Source: Macrostomum lignano (taxonomy: Eukaryota). From it: a DNA stretch of 64,000 bases. The notes under the pieces were generated by a model that saw only the letters and a list, made by a program, of their open reading frames with translations, made no database searches and was not told the DNA's origin. Position 1 is the stretch's first letter, and each line of letters starts with the position of its first letter. Positions 12,957-25,293 of this stretch are shown one piece after another. Location of the stretch: positions 51,945 through 115,944 of the forward strand of contig NIVC01003159.1 in assembly GCA_002269645.1 (NCBI GenBank), given 5' to 3'. The translations under genes and the position numbers were made by a program.

Positions 12957-13936
12957 TCACTCAGACAGGACGCGGGTCCCGCAGTTGCCGTCACCGCCGC
13001 GAGTGTCCAGGCAGGCAGCCAGCGCCGATTCCCAGCCGCACACGCGGACCACCGTGTTCGGGCTGGCTTTCAACAGGCGCACCGCGGCCGCCAGCTTGCC
13101 GCGCATGCCGCCGGTAACGTCGGAAACTCCGGGCGCAGCGCCGCCAACTCCAGCGACGTCTTGAGAGCTGCCTCCACCGAGACGAATCTCCGGCAGCAAG
13201 TGAGCCATGCCCGGAGGGGCCGTGGCCGGGTCCTGACTGAAGACTCCGCCTGAGGATGTAACGAAAACGGCGCGCCGCAGGTCGAACGATTCGGCCAGCT
13301 TGGCAGCGAGGGCGTCGCCGCCGAGCACCGACCAGCCGATGATGGTCTCGTCAGTGGCGTCACGATCGAGAGCCAGCACGGCGTCTCCATGCAGCGCGGG
13401 CACGAACCCGGCCTGAAGGAGGTCACTGATGCGATCTACCAGTCCCGGTGGACAGTGCGATCCGACGAAATCGGTCACGTCGCTGAAGTGACTGCATGGC
13501 GACAGAACAGTGACTGGGATTCCGGCTTTCACGAGACAGGCCGCAACCCGGCCGGCTAGGTCCTGCACCGCCTGCGAGTGTCGCAGAAGCCGAGGCGGCG
13601 TTGCTGAAGCTCCACCGGTGACAGCTTTGCCAGTTGACGAGCGTCGATGCCGTCGGTAAGGCGGGCGTCGGTTGCGTGCGGGTGGCCGAAGGAGCCCGCA
13701 CCGTGCAGCAGCACCCAGCGAAGTCGTCGACGTCTCTGGACGTAGCCTGCGTTGCCGTCATCGACATCATCATCCACCTTAACAGCTTCAATAGCGGTGG
13801 CCAGCTCGGCCAGTCGGTCCAGACCGTCCTGGCGGAGCTGCTCACGGCCGGATTTGTCAGTCAGGCAGCTGCCGCCAACCTTCAGCACCAGGTCGATGGT
13901 GACTTTGGCTGTCGTCGAGCTGCTGGTCTGTGACAT
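12957..13936 (-). CDS. IPK: Isopentenyl phosphate kinase-like protein (amino-acid kinase family), intronless, about 326 aa, one -1 frameshift near 13572
   Basis: VLKVGGS, LLHGAGSFGHPHA, FVPALHGDAV, SVLGGD and DVTGGMRGKL motifs. Two overlapping ORFs (13556-14008 and 12957-13568) join at TR(x)AVQDL. First in-frame ATG at 13936. Confidence 0.85.
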
Positions 13937-16900
13937 TTGGCTTCTCTTTTTTGGCGATGATTTCTGTAATGAACACGAGATGGTTTGTAAACTAAGGGGT
14001 ACGTGCAACTGTGACTCTACTTTAAATATTGACTTTAGTTTCTTAGCATAAAAGTATATTACTTGTTAGTAGATGCTAGCGAGCATGACTAAACATTTTG
14101 ATGATAAATCTGCTTACTCTTGTAATAGATACGAGCAAGCGTTTTTACGTTTTGTTTTACCTTTTTTACTTACGTGTACACATTGATAATGATACAAACA
14201 GTTTGGTTGCATTTATAAAGGCCTACAACAAATATCTTCTATCGAAGGTGTTAAATGCCACTACTTGAAACATTTATCTAGCTTGAAATATCTAGCTTAC
14301 AGAGTCTGTGGGGTCATGCGCAGATTGAAAGCACAGCGATACAAGACCGAAGCGCTAGCGGTCCCGAGCTCTGGAGAAGCGAATGGAAACAGTCTTGAGA
14401 CGGAGCGGCGATCGAACTTGGGCTCCCCAAAAACTAGGAGGTCTGGGAGGGGGCGGAAATTGCCTCGCTGGCAATGGCGGCTCGCCGGCGATGTTAAGAG
14501 ACGCCGCACTGACGAATAAATGAGACGGAATGAGAAGGAGAATGGGAGCTAGAGCCCCAGGGGCTGAGTTTGATGATGGAAACAGCTGGGAGCATGCAAT
14601 ACGGGGTAAGAAAGCAGCAGCTAGGATATTAAGTCAAAGAACCTACTGGCGTGTGAGAGTGCACCGCGCGCATGTGTTTGAGATTGTGTTCCTCATCGAA
14701 CCCCGGGCCATGGGGAATCCCCTTCCCATTATGCCGCAGGGAGCGAGGATGCAGGGGTCAGAGATGCGGTGTTGCGGAAGGCTGGATTGTGGCCCTCCAA
14801 TGCCAAAGAGAGAGAGAAAGTAAAGGGGGGAGGGGCAGACATGAAAGCTGAATTTTTTAGCTCGAATCCACGGGAGCGAGGGATTAAGAGTATTAGCAGC
14901 GTACAAGCTATATTGAGAATATAGGGAGAAATTCCGTCTCTGTACCTTTCTGCTCCCAAGGCCTTGGAGGCATTGCGAGACACCGAAGAAGAGTGAAAGG
15001 CCTAGTCTTGTAACCCCCATCCTATACTGTTAAAAACTGCTGCGTGTATTTAGCAAATATATTAATACATCTTACGCGCAAAGAATTTGGTGACGAGCTA
15101 CAGTAGGGACAATGTCCCATTAGTCATTAGCACTGTGCTAAACCTTTTCGATGAATGGGCGCCGAGGAGCTGTCACGTTGGAAACCTTCCCCACCCGCCC
15201 TAGTTGTGCGCACGCCAGACAGGTAAGAGCTGCGGGTTGCAGGTTTTCCCACCGGCGCCAACAACAATCAAATCCCACCTGTTGATGCCCCAATGCCGGG
15301 GCAAACGGAGTCAGTTGGAAATTTACCCGGAACAGCCCGCAACAAGTAAACCTTAAATGCATTACAGTCCATTCGCACTGCCTTGTCGTCTGCAGGTGTC
15401 ACCAAGTTCATTTCGACCAAAAGAAAAGAAAATGTGTTAGGAAGTTTAATCTATATGCGTAGATGCGTTTGTTGTAGTTTAGCTTTTTGAAAAAAGTCCA
15501 TTTGAACTTTTACTCCATTCTACTGGCCAGAGATTGACCGACTCGACAATAATTTATTCTCCACCCCTTGCTTGTACAGCTGTCTAGTCTTCGCAGTCCA
15601 GAGCGTTCGAATAGCCAGCCAGACCGCTACGACTCGCTCAGAGCCAACAGCGGTCAACACGCCATCCAGCTTCCACTCCAGGCGACCCATTCTCAGGCAT
15701 ATTTTAAGAGCTCAAAGCGCCCTAGGACGGGACTGGCCCTCACCCTCCTCTCCATGACTGCCTCCTTGGTCCTCCTCAGTTTATTGAGCTCTCCGAAGCA
15801 AGAGGATCGCTGGGCGGACGCGCGAGCTCCGGGCCAACAAAATAAAGAGGCTGCACGACCGAAAGAAGAAAGGGACAGATTTCTCATTTGTAAAATGGCC
15901 TGAAGAAAAAGCGGAAAGAGATGAGAGAGGGCGAGAGAGAGAGAGAAGGCTTCAGTAGCTTCTGGCTCTCAGGAAACATTATAAGTATGGGAGAAAGAAT
16001 GAGAGCGAGAGTCGGGGAGAGACTGGGAGAGAGCGGGTTGGGGGGCGTCCACTTGCACTTTTGTCAAAAGCCAAAACAGACGTAGGACAGCAAGAGGGCT
16101 CGGGCTGATTCAATCTGGCTTGCAAAATTATTTATGCAGTAAAGAACGAGCTGAGACACGCATCAATAAATAACTAATAATGCACTGGTACCGCCGGCAC
16201 TGCTGGGGCAGGACCGGCGCCTCACTGCTCACTATACGGACATGATTTGAGGTCTGGCAGGCCATCAGGCTTGTCGAGTTTTGCACGCAGCGGCTTAATC
16301 CTCGAGTTGCAGCGAGATCGCGAAAACACTGCTTCTACTAGCTACTATGCTTTAGTGCTTCTATAAGGGCAATCTCTTCTGGAGAAAGAGTAGAACGAAA
16401 GAGGGGGGGCTTAATTCTGTTTGGCCTCCTGGGGATGCAAATGGGAAAGCGGGGAGGAAGGGACGCTTTGTGCTCGGGGACTGGGGATAGAAAGTTAAAA
16501 TCGGCTCACAATGCTGATCACGCAGGGGGCGGTGGGAGAAGTTCTGCACAAAAGCCGAACCAATCGCACTTTCTGCAGGTCGGAAGCCCCAAAACTGTCA
16601 CTACAGGTTTACGAAAGTTAACTACTTAGTAAGTTTATCCCAGTAACTAATGGAAAATTAAAAAATATTCTTCTTTTGAACTCCGGTTATAAGAGTGAAC
16701 TAGTTTATAGTGTAGCAACCCTATCTTGACGACGTGGGCCGATGTTTCCGACGTCGTTCTCCGTCTCCGTCTCCGTTTGCCAGCAACGTCCATCAAACGT
16801 CAGGTACATCGGATGAATCGCCGGACGTCGAAATGTTGCACGGAAGATAAAAAACGCGCGACAAGCACCACGTATCTGATATTACTACCGGCTATCTCGC

Positions 16901-18627
16901 TTGCTCACACCAAGCTTATTAAGTTGTTAGCTAATTGGCTGAAAAGCAGGCGGATTTAGAAAGGCATCGCTCTGCACGAATTGTGCCAAGTGACCATCAG
17001 TACTCCACTGCAAGCTCGGAAAAATTTCAATCACAAGCCGGAGAAACAGTTATTACGGAAATGAAAATTTGACACTATAAACTCATTAGAATAAAGTTAT
17101 TGTTTGGAAAAAGCAATCATTAATAGGTAATTAGCGATCCTGAACAGTTTAGCCAGCCAATGGACAGCAAAGTATTCTTATTTCCGCTTGGAAAGCAAGC
17201 AGATGGCAACACTGAGGCGTATTGAAGAAAGGCAATGCTCTGCATATTAACGAGATAGAATGACATGGGAAGGAGGAGGGGGCGAGTTGCGAGACGAAAC
17301 AGGAATCTCATTAGTTCCTTAGCGGGACAACGCTGCATTGAGCTGCCCTACCCGCATGCTATAGCTAGTGCTCCCCCCCCCCCTACTCAAAATATTGCAT
17401 CCAATTTTGACCGCACCTGTGTAGGCTTGTTGTATGCAGCTACATAGGTAGCGATATTGGACTGCGGGTCAGAGGATAAGCGTACGAAGCGGGGATGAGC
17501 AGAGTGCCTATCGCGAGTGCCCATACGCGATTTTTTTGGGACGTTGCGGTTGCAATTTGCATGCGGCCGCTGACCAGTATCGGGTAGCGGCCGCCACTGC
17601 GGAAGCCTCTTGCTGTTTTATGCAGCAGCCGGCAGTGTTTTAGTGGTGTCTTGCCCTCACCCTCCACCGACACCCACAAAACTAAGGCAGTCTGGCATGA
17701 TGGATGAGGGACAACTGCAGTTTCTACCGTTGCGAAGCGCTGGCCAACGCGCTAATGCAATTTGTAGCAGAGACTTTCAACCGAGAAAGATCGAGACAGA
17801 CGAGAGAGTGAGTGGCAGTTGCTCACCCGACAATCAAATTGCAGCCCAAATTCATAGATTTCACCGTTTTATAAGTATATTTCTTGCGAAAATAGTGGCC
17901 GGAGTTTGGAGGCGAACGGACGGGGAGATAAAAATAGAGTAAAAAGAGGCGCAAGCAGAAGCAGAGAAAACGAGATCGGCGGTCTTCAGCCAAGCGCAGT
18001 AGGGGTCCGCGATGTATGAATTTATTTTAATTTATTTCCCCCACATTTCCTCAATCCTTCCACCATAGCTCCCCTATTTCTGTCTCATCCCTTACCTCTT
18101 CATCCCTAACCTGAGCCCTCGCTTCCACGTCAGTTTCCATACAAGTGCGGCAGCAGCGCAAGCCAATTCTAGCAAACTGACCCCTCCTATCCACGGCTGT
18201 CCCGTCTAGCCACTCCGCCACTGACTCCCCGGCCTCAGTCTCTTCGCCCCGTCACTCGCTCCCAAACTCCGCTCCCCTGCCCAACCAACTCCCTCCAATC
18301 CCATTCAAGCTTCCTCCCTCATCACTTGCATCTCTCCCCCTGACTCCATATCCTTCTCTTTTTTTTTTTCAGCTCCTGCCAGCGATAGATTGCGAGCCGC
18401 CCAGAGCCAGGCTCAAAACCGCTGTTTAAAATAGATGGGCGCAGAGACAAAAAGTTTGTCCTGCAGTAATCTGTAAGGCAGCGCCGGCTAAATGGAATCT
18501 CGAAGAAGTCATTCGACGGTGGTGAAATGCTCGACAATGGCACCCAAATAGGAGCGCATTTTCGTCAAAACTTTTCCGTTTCTGTCTTTGTTCCGGTCAG
18601 TCAGTTTTCATTTTTTAATACTCAGAG

Positions 18628-19949
18628 ATGTCGGCCCAAGCTGCTGCAGCCGTGTTTCCGGGTCAGTTCCTGGATTTGCCCAGCCTCTTGAGCTCAGGCT
18701 CCATCCTGGCCAGCGGTTCAGTGCTCAACTCCATGAATATCGGCCAGCTACCGCGGCTGGTCGAGAAGAAGAGCGACACCACCTATGTTCTAGTTGGAGT
18801 TGGTGGCGTAGGCGCTGGCACCGGCCATATGACAAGATTCACGGTGTTCTTCATTGTGTTGCAGTTTTTATGCGGCGTGCTGTCAATCCTGGTGGGTCTG
18901 CTGGGCGTAGTCGTTGCCAGCATCCGCATACGCAAGCAGGTGGTCATCGCTGCGCTGTTGCTCTCCTCCGGACAGGCAATCCTATCCGCCATCTGCTTGA
19001 CTTTCGCGCGCTCTCGATACTAAAGACGCTTGGCACGACGCCAAACAGTCGATTGACAATTTTGCAAAGATGCTGATGAACTGCATCAACACAGTGTGCT
19101 CGGTGTGCCTGTGCGTCTCGCTCACTCGACGGCTGTACCGCTACAGGGACTACGCAGTCTGTCGGTTCAACCAGTTTCGGCCACCGGTTGTCGTCTGCAC
19201 CGGGGCAGTCATCGCCACCTCGATTGCCAGTTTGAGCGCATTTGCATCTGGCATGATGCTCTCCGTGACGCAGAAGTACAACTACGCAGGCGACTGCACA
19301 TGGGCCTCCTAGGACTCACGCTAGTCTAGCAATGGTTCTCAACCTGAAGCTGATGATTCATCAGGCCAGCACCATCGCATGCCTTTTGCTCATTGCGTTC
19401 ACTCTGCTCAGCTCCTGCGCAGCCGCCTACACGGAGAGCGTCGAGCTCGATAACGTCGCCGGGACGCAGAGCACCAGAAAGCTGTACTACGGTTATATCA
19501 TCAAGTCGGCAGTTGTTTACTTCTCCGCGTTGCTCAATATTGCAACTGTCGGTGCTTTGGCTCCATGCCAGTTTCTGCGCCTCTGGCACATGGCCGTCAT
19601 TCAGGCAACGCCGAGGACGAAGAAGAGGTCACAGCGGCTGCGGCAGCTGCGGCGGCTGACACCAGCAATGCCGTCAACATCGGAGACCACGATGACGGAG
19701 GAGCGACCTTCAATCAGTTTGTCTTCGGCAAACCCCAACTCGCCGCTGCTGCTGTCCCGTCAGACAACTCTGGCGAGATCATCAGCAGCCGCAGCAGCAT
19801 CCGCCAGTCTGCTGGGCAACCATACGGGGGCGGACAATGTCAGCGCTGCTTCCAACAGCACGACATTGCCTAGAATGCCGTACCAGCAACAGCAGCTCCA
19901 TCACATGCAACAGCTTCATTCGCGGTTCGCTACTGGCGCTCAGGCGTGA
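18628..19949 (+). CDS. Uncharacterised multi-pass membrane protein (about 6 TM, low-complexity A/Q-rich C-tail), single coding exon, about 439 aa after two frameshifts
   Basis: Three consecutive GC-rich ORF segments (18628-19023; about 19010-19312; about 19308-19949) with long hydrophobic stretches. No GT-AG intron explains the frame changes. Acceptor-like TTTTTTAATACTCAG lies 2 nt before the ATG. Confidence 0.65.
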
Positions 19950-21338
19950 TTGATAGTTCACTTGTTTGAACTTTCTGGGTCTACAGGTGCTTAATTAGGC
20001 GGTGATAGTTGAAAACTAAAGTTAAAATAGCTAACGGAAATTAAAATAAAATTAACCAACATCCAAAGTTGAAAGCTTATGGAAGAAAGACTGAAGACAG
20101 GCAAACCAAGAGAAGTCACTGGTAGAAGTTAACCAGGAGTTAATCAACCAATTAATCCTATCAGAATTTTAGACTAGATTTTATTAGCCATTGGATTAAA
20201 CTTTGTTATAAAAATCGTCGCTAATAATGTAACGGCACAACATATGTCTGCACACCGCTCTGTTAAATAGTTTAGCATTCTGCTGCTGTTTATAGCGGGT
20301 CAGGCAGAAAGTATTCAGAATTGTTTAAGAAGAAAGCAATTTTCTGTTGCATTATCATTATCAACCATATGTTATTCATATTCAATGTTAATTGCACGTA
20401 AGTAAGCGCCTAGATATTTTGATATAGCTAGTTATAATTGTCACGTACATGTAAGAATATGTTTTTTACTAACGATTCAACTATTTTTGTATTTCCTTTA
20501 ACGAGTACTACGAGCAGTCGAGCATGCTATATATATCATCATTATGCTGTACGTCTAAATTCTGGACTACAGCTTATTAGCGAGTGAAAGCATATAGAAA
20601 TTTTTAATTTTTAGTCACTTCAGCAATTGGTAATTTGTGTACAAGGACGTGAAACTGCTGACTATGCTGCTACTATTATATTATAACTCATAGTCTCAGA
20701 ATGATCGCTACATTAGTAATTGGCCCGTTTCTTTTATACCCCGTCCTTTATACACGAGCTAATTTCCGGCATAATCTCTGCTACGTGTAAGCCAGTTAAG
20801 TGCGCGACAGCCCTCAGCTTGCACTCTGCGAGTACATTGTCGTTGTAGAGATGAAACCTGCTTTTTATTTATATTTGATCTGCTTGGATTTTCTTTTTGT
20901 TAAAGCGTTTGTTACAATTAAAATACATGATTAAAGTTCCTCAACTTGAAGCAGATATCAGGAGTATGGCGGGTGCCCTTTTTGCTTGTACTTGCAGGAT
21001 ATAGCGCTATGAATTATCATTCTCGAACTAGCTACAAGTAGCTGTTATAGTTAGTCTAGGCGTGTTGAAACGGGGTGAAACATCTCGCCCGCTGCAATAA
21101 TCTATGGCTATGGCCGACTTCCATAAGTAAAAAACCTCGTATGCATATAAGTATCTAGTTAATGTTTCTACAACTTGTAGATTTTGAAAGTAAAGCTTAG
21201 TACTGCTAAATTATGCTTAGTATCAGTTACTTTTTTTAATTCGCAAAATAAGGAGTTTTGGCTCCGCCCCCACACCCCCGCAAGGGGGCTCAGCGCCCCC
21301 TTGACCCGCTTTCTTTTGACTTTGCCTTAGACATTTTC

Positions 21339-21830
21339 AGCGGGCCGTGAAACCGACTGAATACATTGGAGTAAATGGGATTTTACCATAGACAGTCTCA
21401 ACAGGCCATGAAACCGACTGAATACATTGGAGTAAATGGGATTTTACCATAGACAGTCTCAACGGGCCATGAAACCGACTGAATACATTGGAGTAAATGG
21501 GATTTTACCATAGACAGTCTCAATGGGCCGTGAAACCGACTGAATACATTGGAGAAATGGGATTTTACCATAGACAGTCTCAATGGCCGTGAAACCGACT
21601 GAATACATAGGAGAAATGGGATTTTACCATAGACAGTCTCAATGGGCCGTGAAACCGACTGAATACATTGGAGAAATGGGATTTTACCATAGACAGTCTC
21701 AATGGGCCGTGAAACCGACTGAATACATTGGAGAAATGGGATTTTACCATAGACAGTCTCAACGGGCCGTGAAGCCGACTGAATACATTGGAGTAAATGG
21801 GATTTTACTATAGACAGTCTCAACGAGCCG
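21339..21830. repeat. Minisatellite, 60-61-bp unit, about 8 copies, probably internal to a non-autonomous element
   Basis: Unit GGGCCGTGAAACCGACTGAATACATTGGAGTAAATGGGATTTTACCATAGACAGTCTCAAC, flanked by GC-rich stem-like sequences. Confidence 0.95.
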
Positions 21831-23135
21831 TGAAACGCGTCTCGGCTACGCGCCTCGGCGTTATAGCTCGTTTCTGCCCTCTGCAGCCCATCAATACTGG
21901 TATATTAGTACTAGGCAAAAAGCCGATTCCCACCCCAGGAATACAAAAGCCATTCTAAATGATTATAATCACTCGCTTTTTTATTCCTTTATAATTTTTC
22001 TTCAATTTCTTCAGATTTCAATTCCGATCGAAACCATATGATCACGCTATAGAACTCAAAGCGTATAATTTTTTTGTTTAAGGATAAAAATATTTCTGAA
22101 CAGACTCTGGGAAGCAGATAATAATAACTCGAGATTCGCCATAAATACAAGCATTAAGCAGCTCAGCACTGCAGCGATGGAGTAAAATTTCGCTGAGCTG
22201 CATGCAGACTCGACGAGGAGCCACATCAATTTATAGTGTGAGATTGCTAATCGGATAAAGATGCCTATTGCAGCGAGGCGCAGTAAAGCTGGCCTACATG
22301 GAATTGCAGGGAGCAGTGAGTGAGCAGCGATATACATCGCTTCAGCATATAATTTTCATTGCAACAAACAATTTTGCGTTCACGCAATGAGAGGAAAAAG
22401 AGGGAATCGAGAGCGACATATATGAAAAATGAAACAAGATCCATCTGCACACCCGCACTTAGCAGCAGGTCTGACAAGCTGCTAGCACCACTTGCCCGCA
22501 CACAACGGTTCTGTTCGCAAAAGATAGCCAAGCGTTTCCTGCTCACAGCTCTCAATAGCAACTCTTGCTCTCTTGCCATCGACTCACATCTTCCTTCCTC
22601 CCAGCAGTCCCCCGGGTCCATTTCCCGAAGGATTTCTACAAGAACGATCGCGCTGAGGCCGGATTGACCTGCTGCTTGTTCTGGCTTGGCACAATATTAG
22701 GGAATAAATTTGGGAACACATAACAGGGGGAACTCTGATGGGTCGATAAAAATGCATTTACATCAGTGGGGAGAGAGAGATCTGGGGAAAGACAGAGAAA
22801 AATGTAGTAGAGAAGTAAAGATCGTTTGAGACGCGGTGGGATCAGATGGAGTGAGGATGCGGTGGTTGGCTGGGTCTGACGCGTATAGACTAGATTTAGT
22901 GAATAATTTATACTGTCGTCAAACCGTGACAGCGACAGTCGTGGCAATGATGAGACGACTACCCACCGAACGATAAAAACGCTCAGTATCAAATATTGCT
23001 CGCTGAAATTAATAGTTACTCCGAATAAGCTTGAACACATATTCAAATCTATCATGGTGTGCGAGGCCACTTCAATATTTCTGAATGTAGGTAAGGGGAA
23101 TCTTTTAGCTAATGTAAGAATATCTAGACACAACA

Positions 23136-23290
23136 GGCCAGGGTTGTAGCCTAGTGGTTAGAGCGTCGCGGTCTCACGACTTGAAGGTCGGGGTTTGATT
23201 CCTGATACCATGGATTGGATTTGATTTCCATGAATTGGAAAAATTTGTCTTGAGTAAGTAAGACACCTAACCCTGCATCGCTTCAGTTCA
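23136..23290 (+). mobile_element. tRNA-derived SINE 5' portion
   Basis: A-box TAGCCTAGTGGTTAG and B-box-like GGTTTGATTCC at tRNA spacing, followed by CTTGAGTAAG..ACACCTAACCC, which resembles the conserved central domain of animal tRNA-SINEs. No clean tRNA cloverleaf. Confidence 0.55.
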
Positions 23291-25172
23291 TACAGAATTA
23301 GTTGGGGCAATTCAATTGAGGCGACTCCACAAGGCTGTAAAGGCCTTGTGTGGGGAGTGGGGAGCCCCTCAGTCCTTGGACTGAACAGCCAGCAGCCTTC
23401 AGATGTGCCGCGCAATAGCTGCAGCTTAGCTGTCGGTTGTACATGAGCCCATTAGGGCCGGTGTAATAAATTATTACTATTACTAATAGGCCTATATGGA
23501 AAATAGCCAACTGCCTAGTTTTCTTCAGCAGTGCCTCAAAAAAATACAATAAGCACAAAATTACAATTTGCTGATCGCACATAACAATTTCAAACAACCA
23601 TCAGAGTGAAATACAAGAGTCCATATACTAAAAAAATTGTTTAACCTTTCTTTAAGTATGTTTACAAATCTTGATTTGCAACTAAATACGGCTGAAACTA
23701 TCCCATTATCAAGTCTGAATTAACTAACATAATTTCCCCTAACGCTCCAAAATTAATTACAATGTTTCTATGACACAATTAAGAGCCTGCTTTTCAGTGT
23801 TTGTCATCATAATTGTTTGCTAGTCATGACAAGTTTTATAATTACTTTAAAAGTAAGTAGTCACTTGCCGATTAATATGACCTGGAGATGAGACCAATGG
23901 AATTGTTTTTGAAAAGCGATTAGTTAGCTTGATTCTCTTTAAACTGTTTACTTTAAGTAGTATTGAATTCAATACATCCAGATTGATCAAATTTCGATAA
24001 ATAAAAGCTAATATAAAGTAGATAATGCGCAAATATATCAGTAAATTTGTACTTAAGCTGTTAAAATTAATTTGGCAGAAATAAAGACAAATGAGGCAAG
24101 TATTACGTGTTTCTGTTCTTATACTTTTAAGTGCAATATTTAACTTGCTTTTCAAAGAAACTAAAGCATTAATCTAGTAATACCCTTGTGTCATCACCGT
24201 TAAAACATTTCTTGTAAATATATCCGAATTTTAAGTTGGTGTCGTTTCTATTTGTGTTAGCGCAAATTTTCCAATTTTCTATTTTAAAGTCTTATAGTTT
24301 CCTTTAGAGTCATTGTCATAATGAAAGAGATTATTTTCCAATGAGTTGTTGATTGCACTGTGTAGGGTAGTGCATGTAAACAGGAAGTTGTGAGCTTGGC
24401 TTGTGTTGTTGCATTTTGTGTCTAATCCTGATCCCTTATTGTTAAATTTCAGAAAAAAATTATTCAACGTAGTAAAGTGATCCGTTAAATTTAGAGCAAG
24501 TATAAGTTTTTTGCAATGCAAAATAACTTTATTGCACTTTGTCGCAATGGCACTTCTTTCCAAAAATTTTATGATCAACTTCAAAAACGTGATCGACTGG
24601 AAAGACGAAGAATTGTTAATATGATTATTGAAGGAGCCACCTGTTTGATCAACTCATCACGTTATGGTTTGTATAAATTTGTTTACAATATGCAATATAT
24701 TTTATATTATTAATTTATATGACTAGGGGCCTACGTCTACCACCAAAATTCAAGACACTTATAGCCTATTTTTTATCATGAAAAGGACATATTTAGGCCT
24801 ACTTTGTCCTTTTATTTATTTATTTATTTCCTTATATAACTTTTATTTTTAACTAGTTAATTTTTAATAACTTATAACCTGGACTAGGCCCTACCCTTAG
24901 GCCTAGGCTATTATTATTAGTAGTATTGTGGTTAGGCCTATTTGTATTATATTATAACCTGGGTCAGTTTGAGTGCCTAGTCCCAAGTACAATATAGGTT
25001 TAGATGTTAATATAACATGTGTAATGATGCTCTATCTAGTACTTATATGGATATAAGCAAGCATGATGATGCTCTGCAATAATAGGTTACTCTGTTAATA
25101 TTGTGACATTCAGAGTTTGCGCTGCGGCTTGGGGTATAATGACAATCTTAAGTGCTTATATAGTGGGTATAC

Positions 25173-25293
25173 NNNNNNNNNNNNNNNNNNNNNNNNNNNN
25201 NNNNNNNNNNNNNNNNNNNNNNNNNNNNNNNNNNNNNNNNNNNNNNNNNNNNNNNNNNNNNNNNNNNNNNNNNNNNNNNNNNNNNNNNNNNNN
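25173..25293. other. Assembly gap (121 N)
   Basis: Run of n characters. Confidence 1.

Noticed and set aside
14265-17942. Many short ORFs, including 15568-15903
   Set aside because: No recognisable motifs, no consistent splice chain and mutually overlapping frames; a UTR or lncRNA cannot be excluded.
23136-23215. Functional tRNA gene
   Set aside because: The B-box is degenerate, the acceptor and anticodon stems do not pair cleanly, and a SINE-like body follows.
23847-24713. AT-rich ORFs as a transposase remnant
   Set aside because: I could not identify DDE or dimerisation motifs with confidence.
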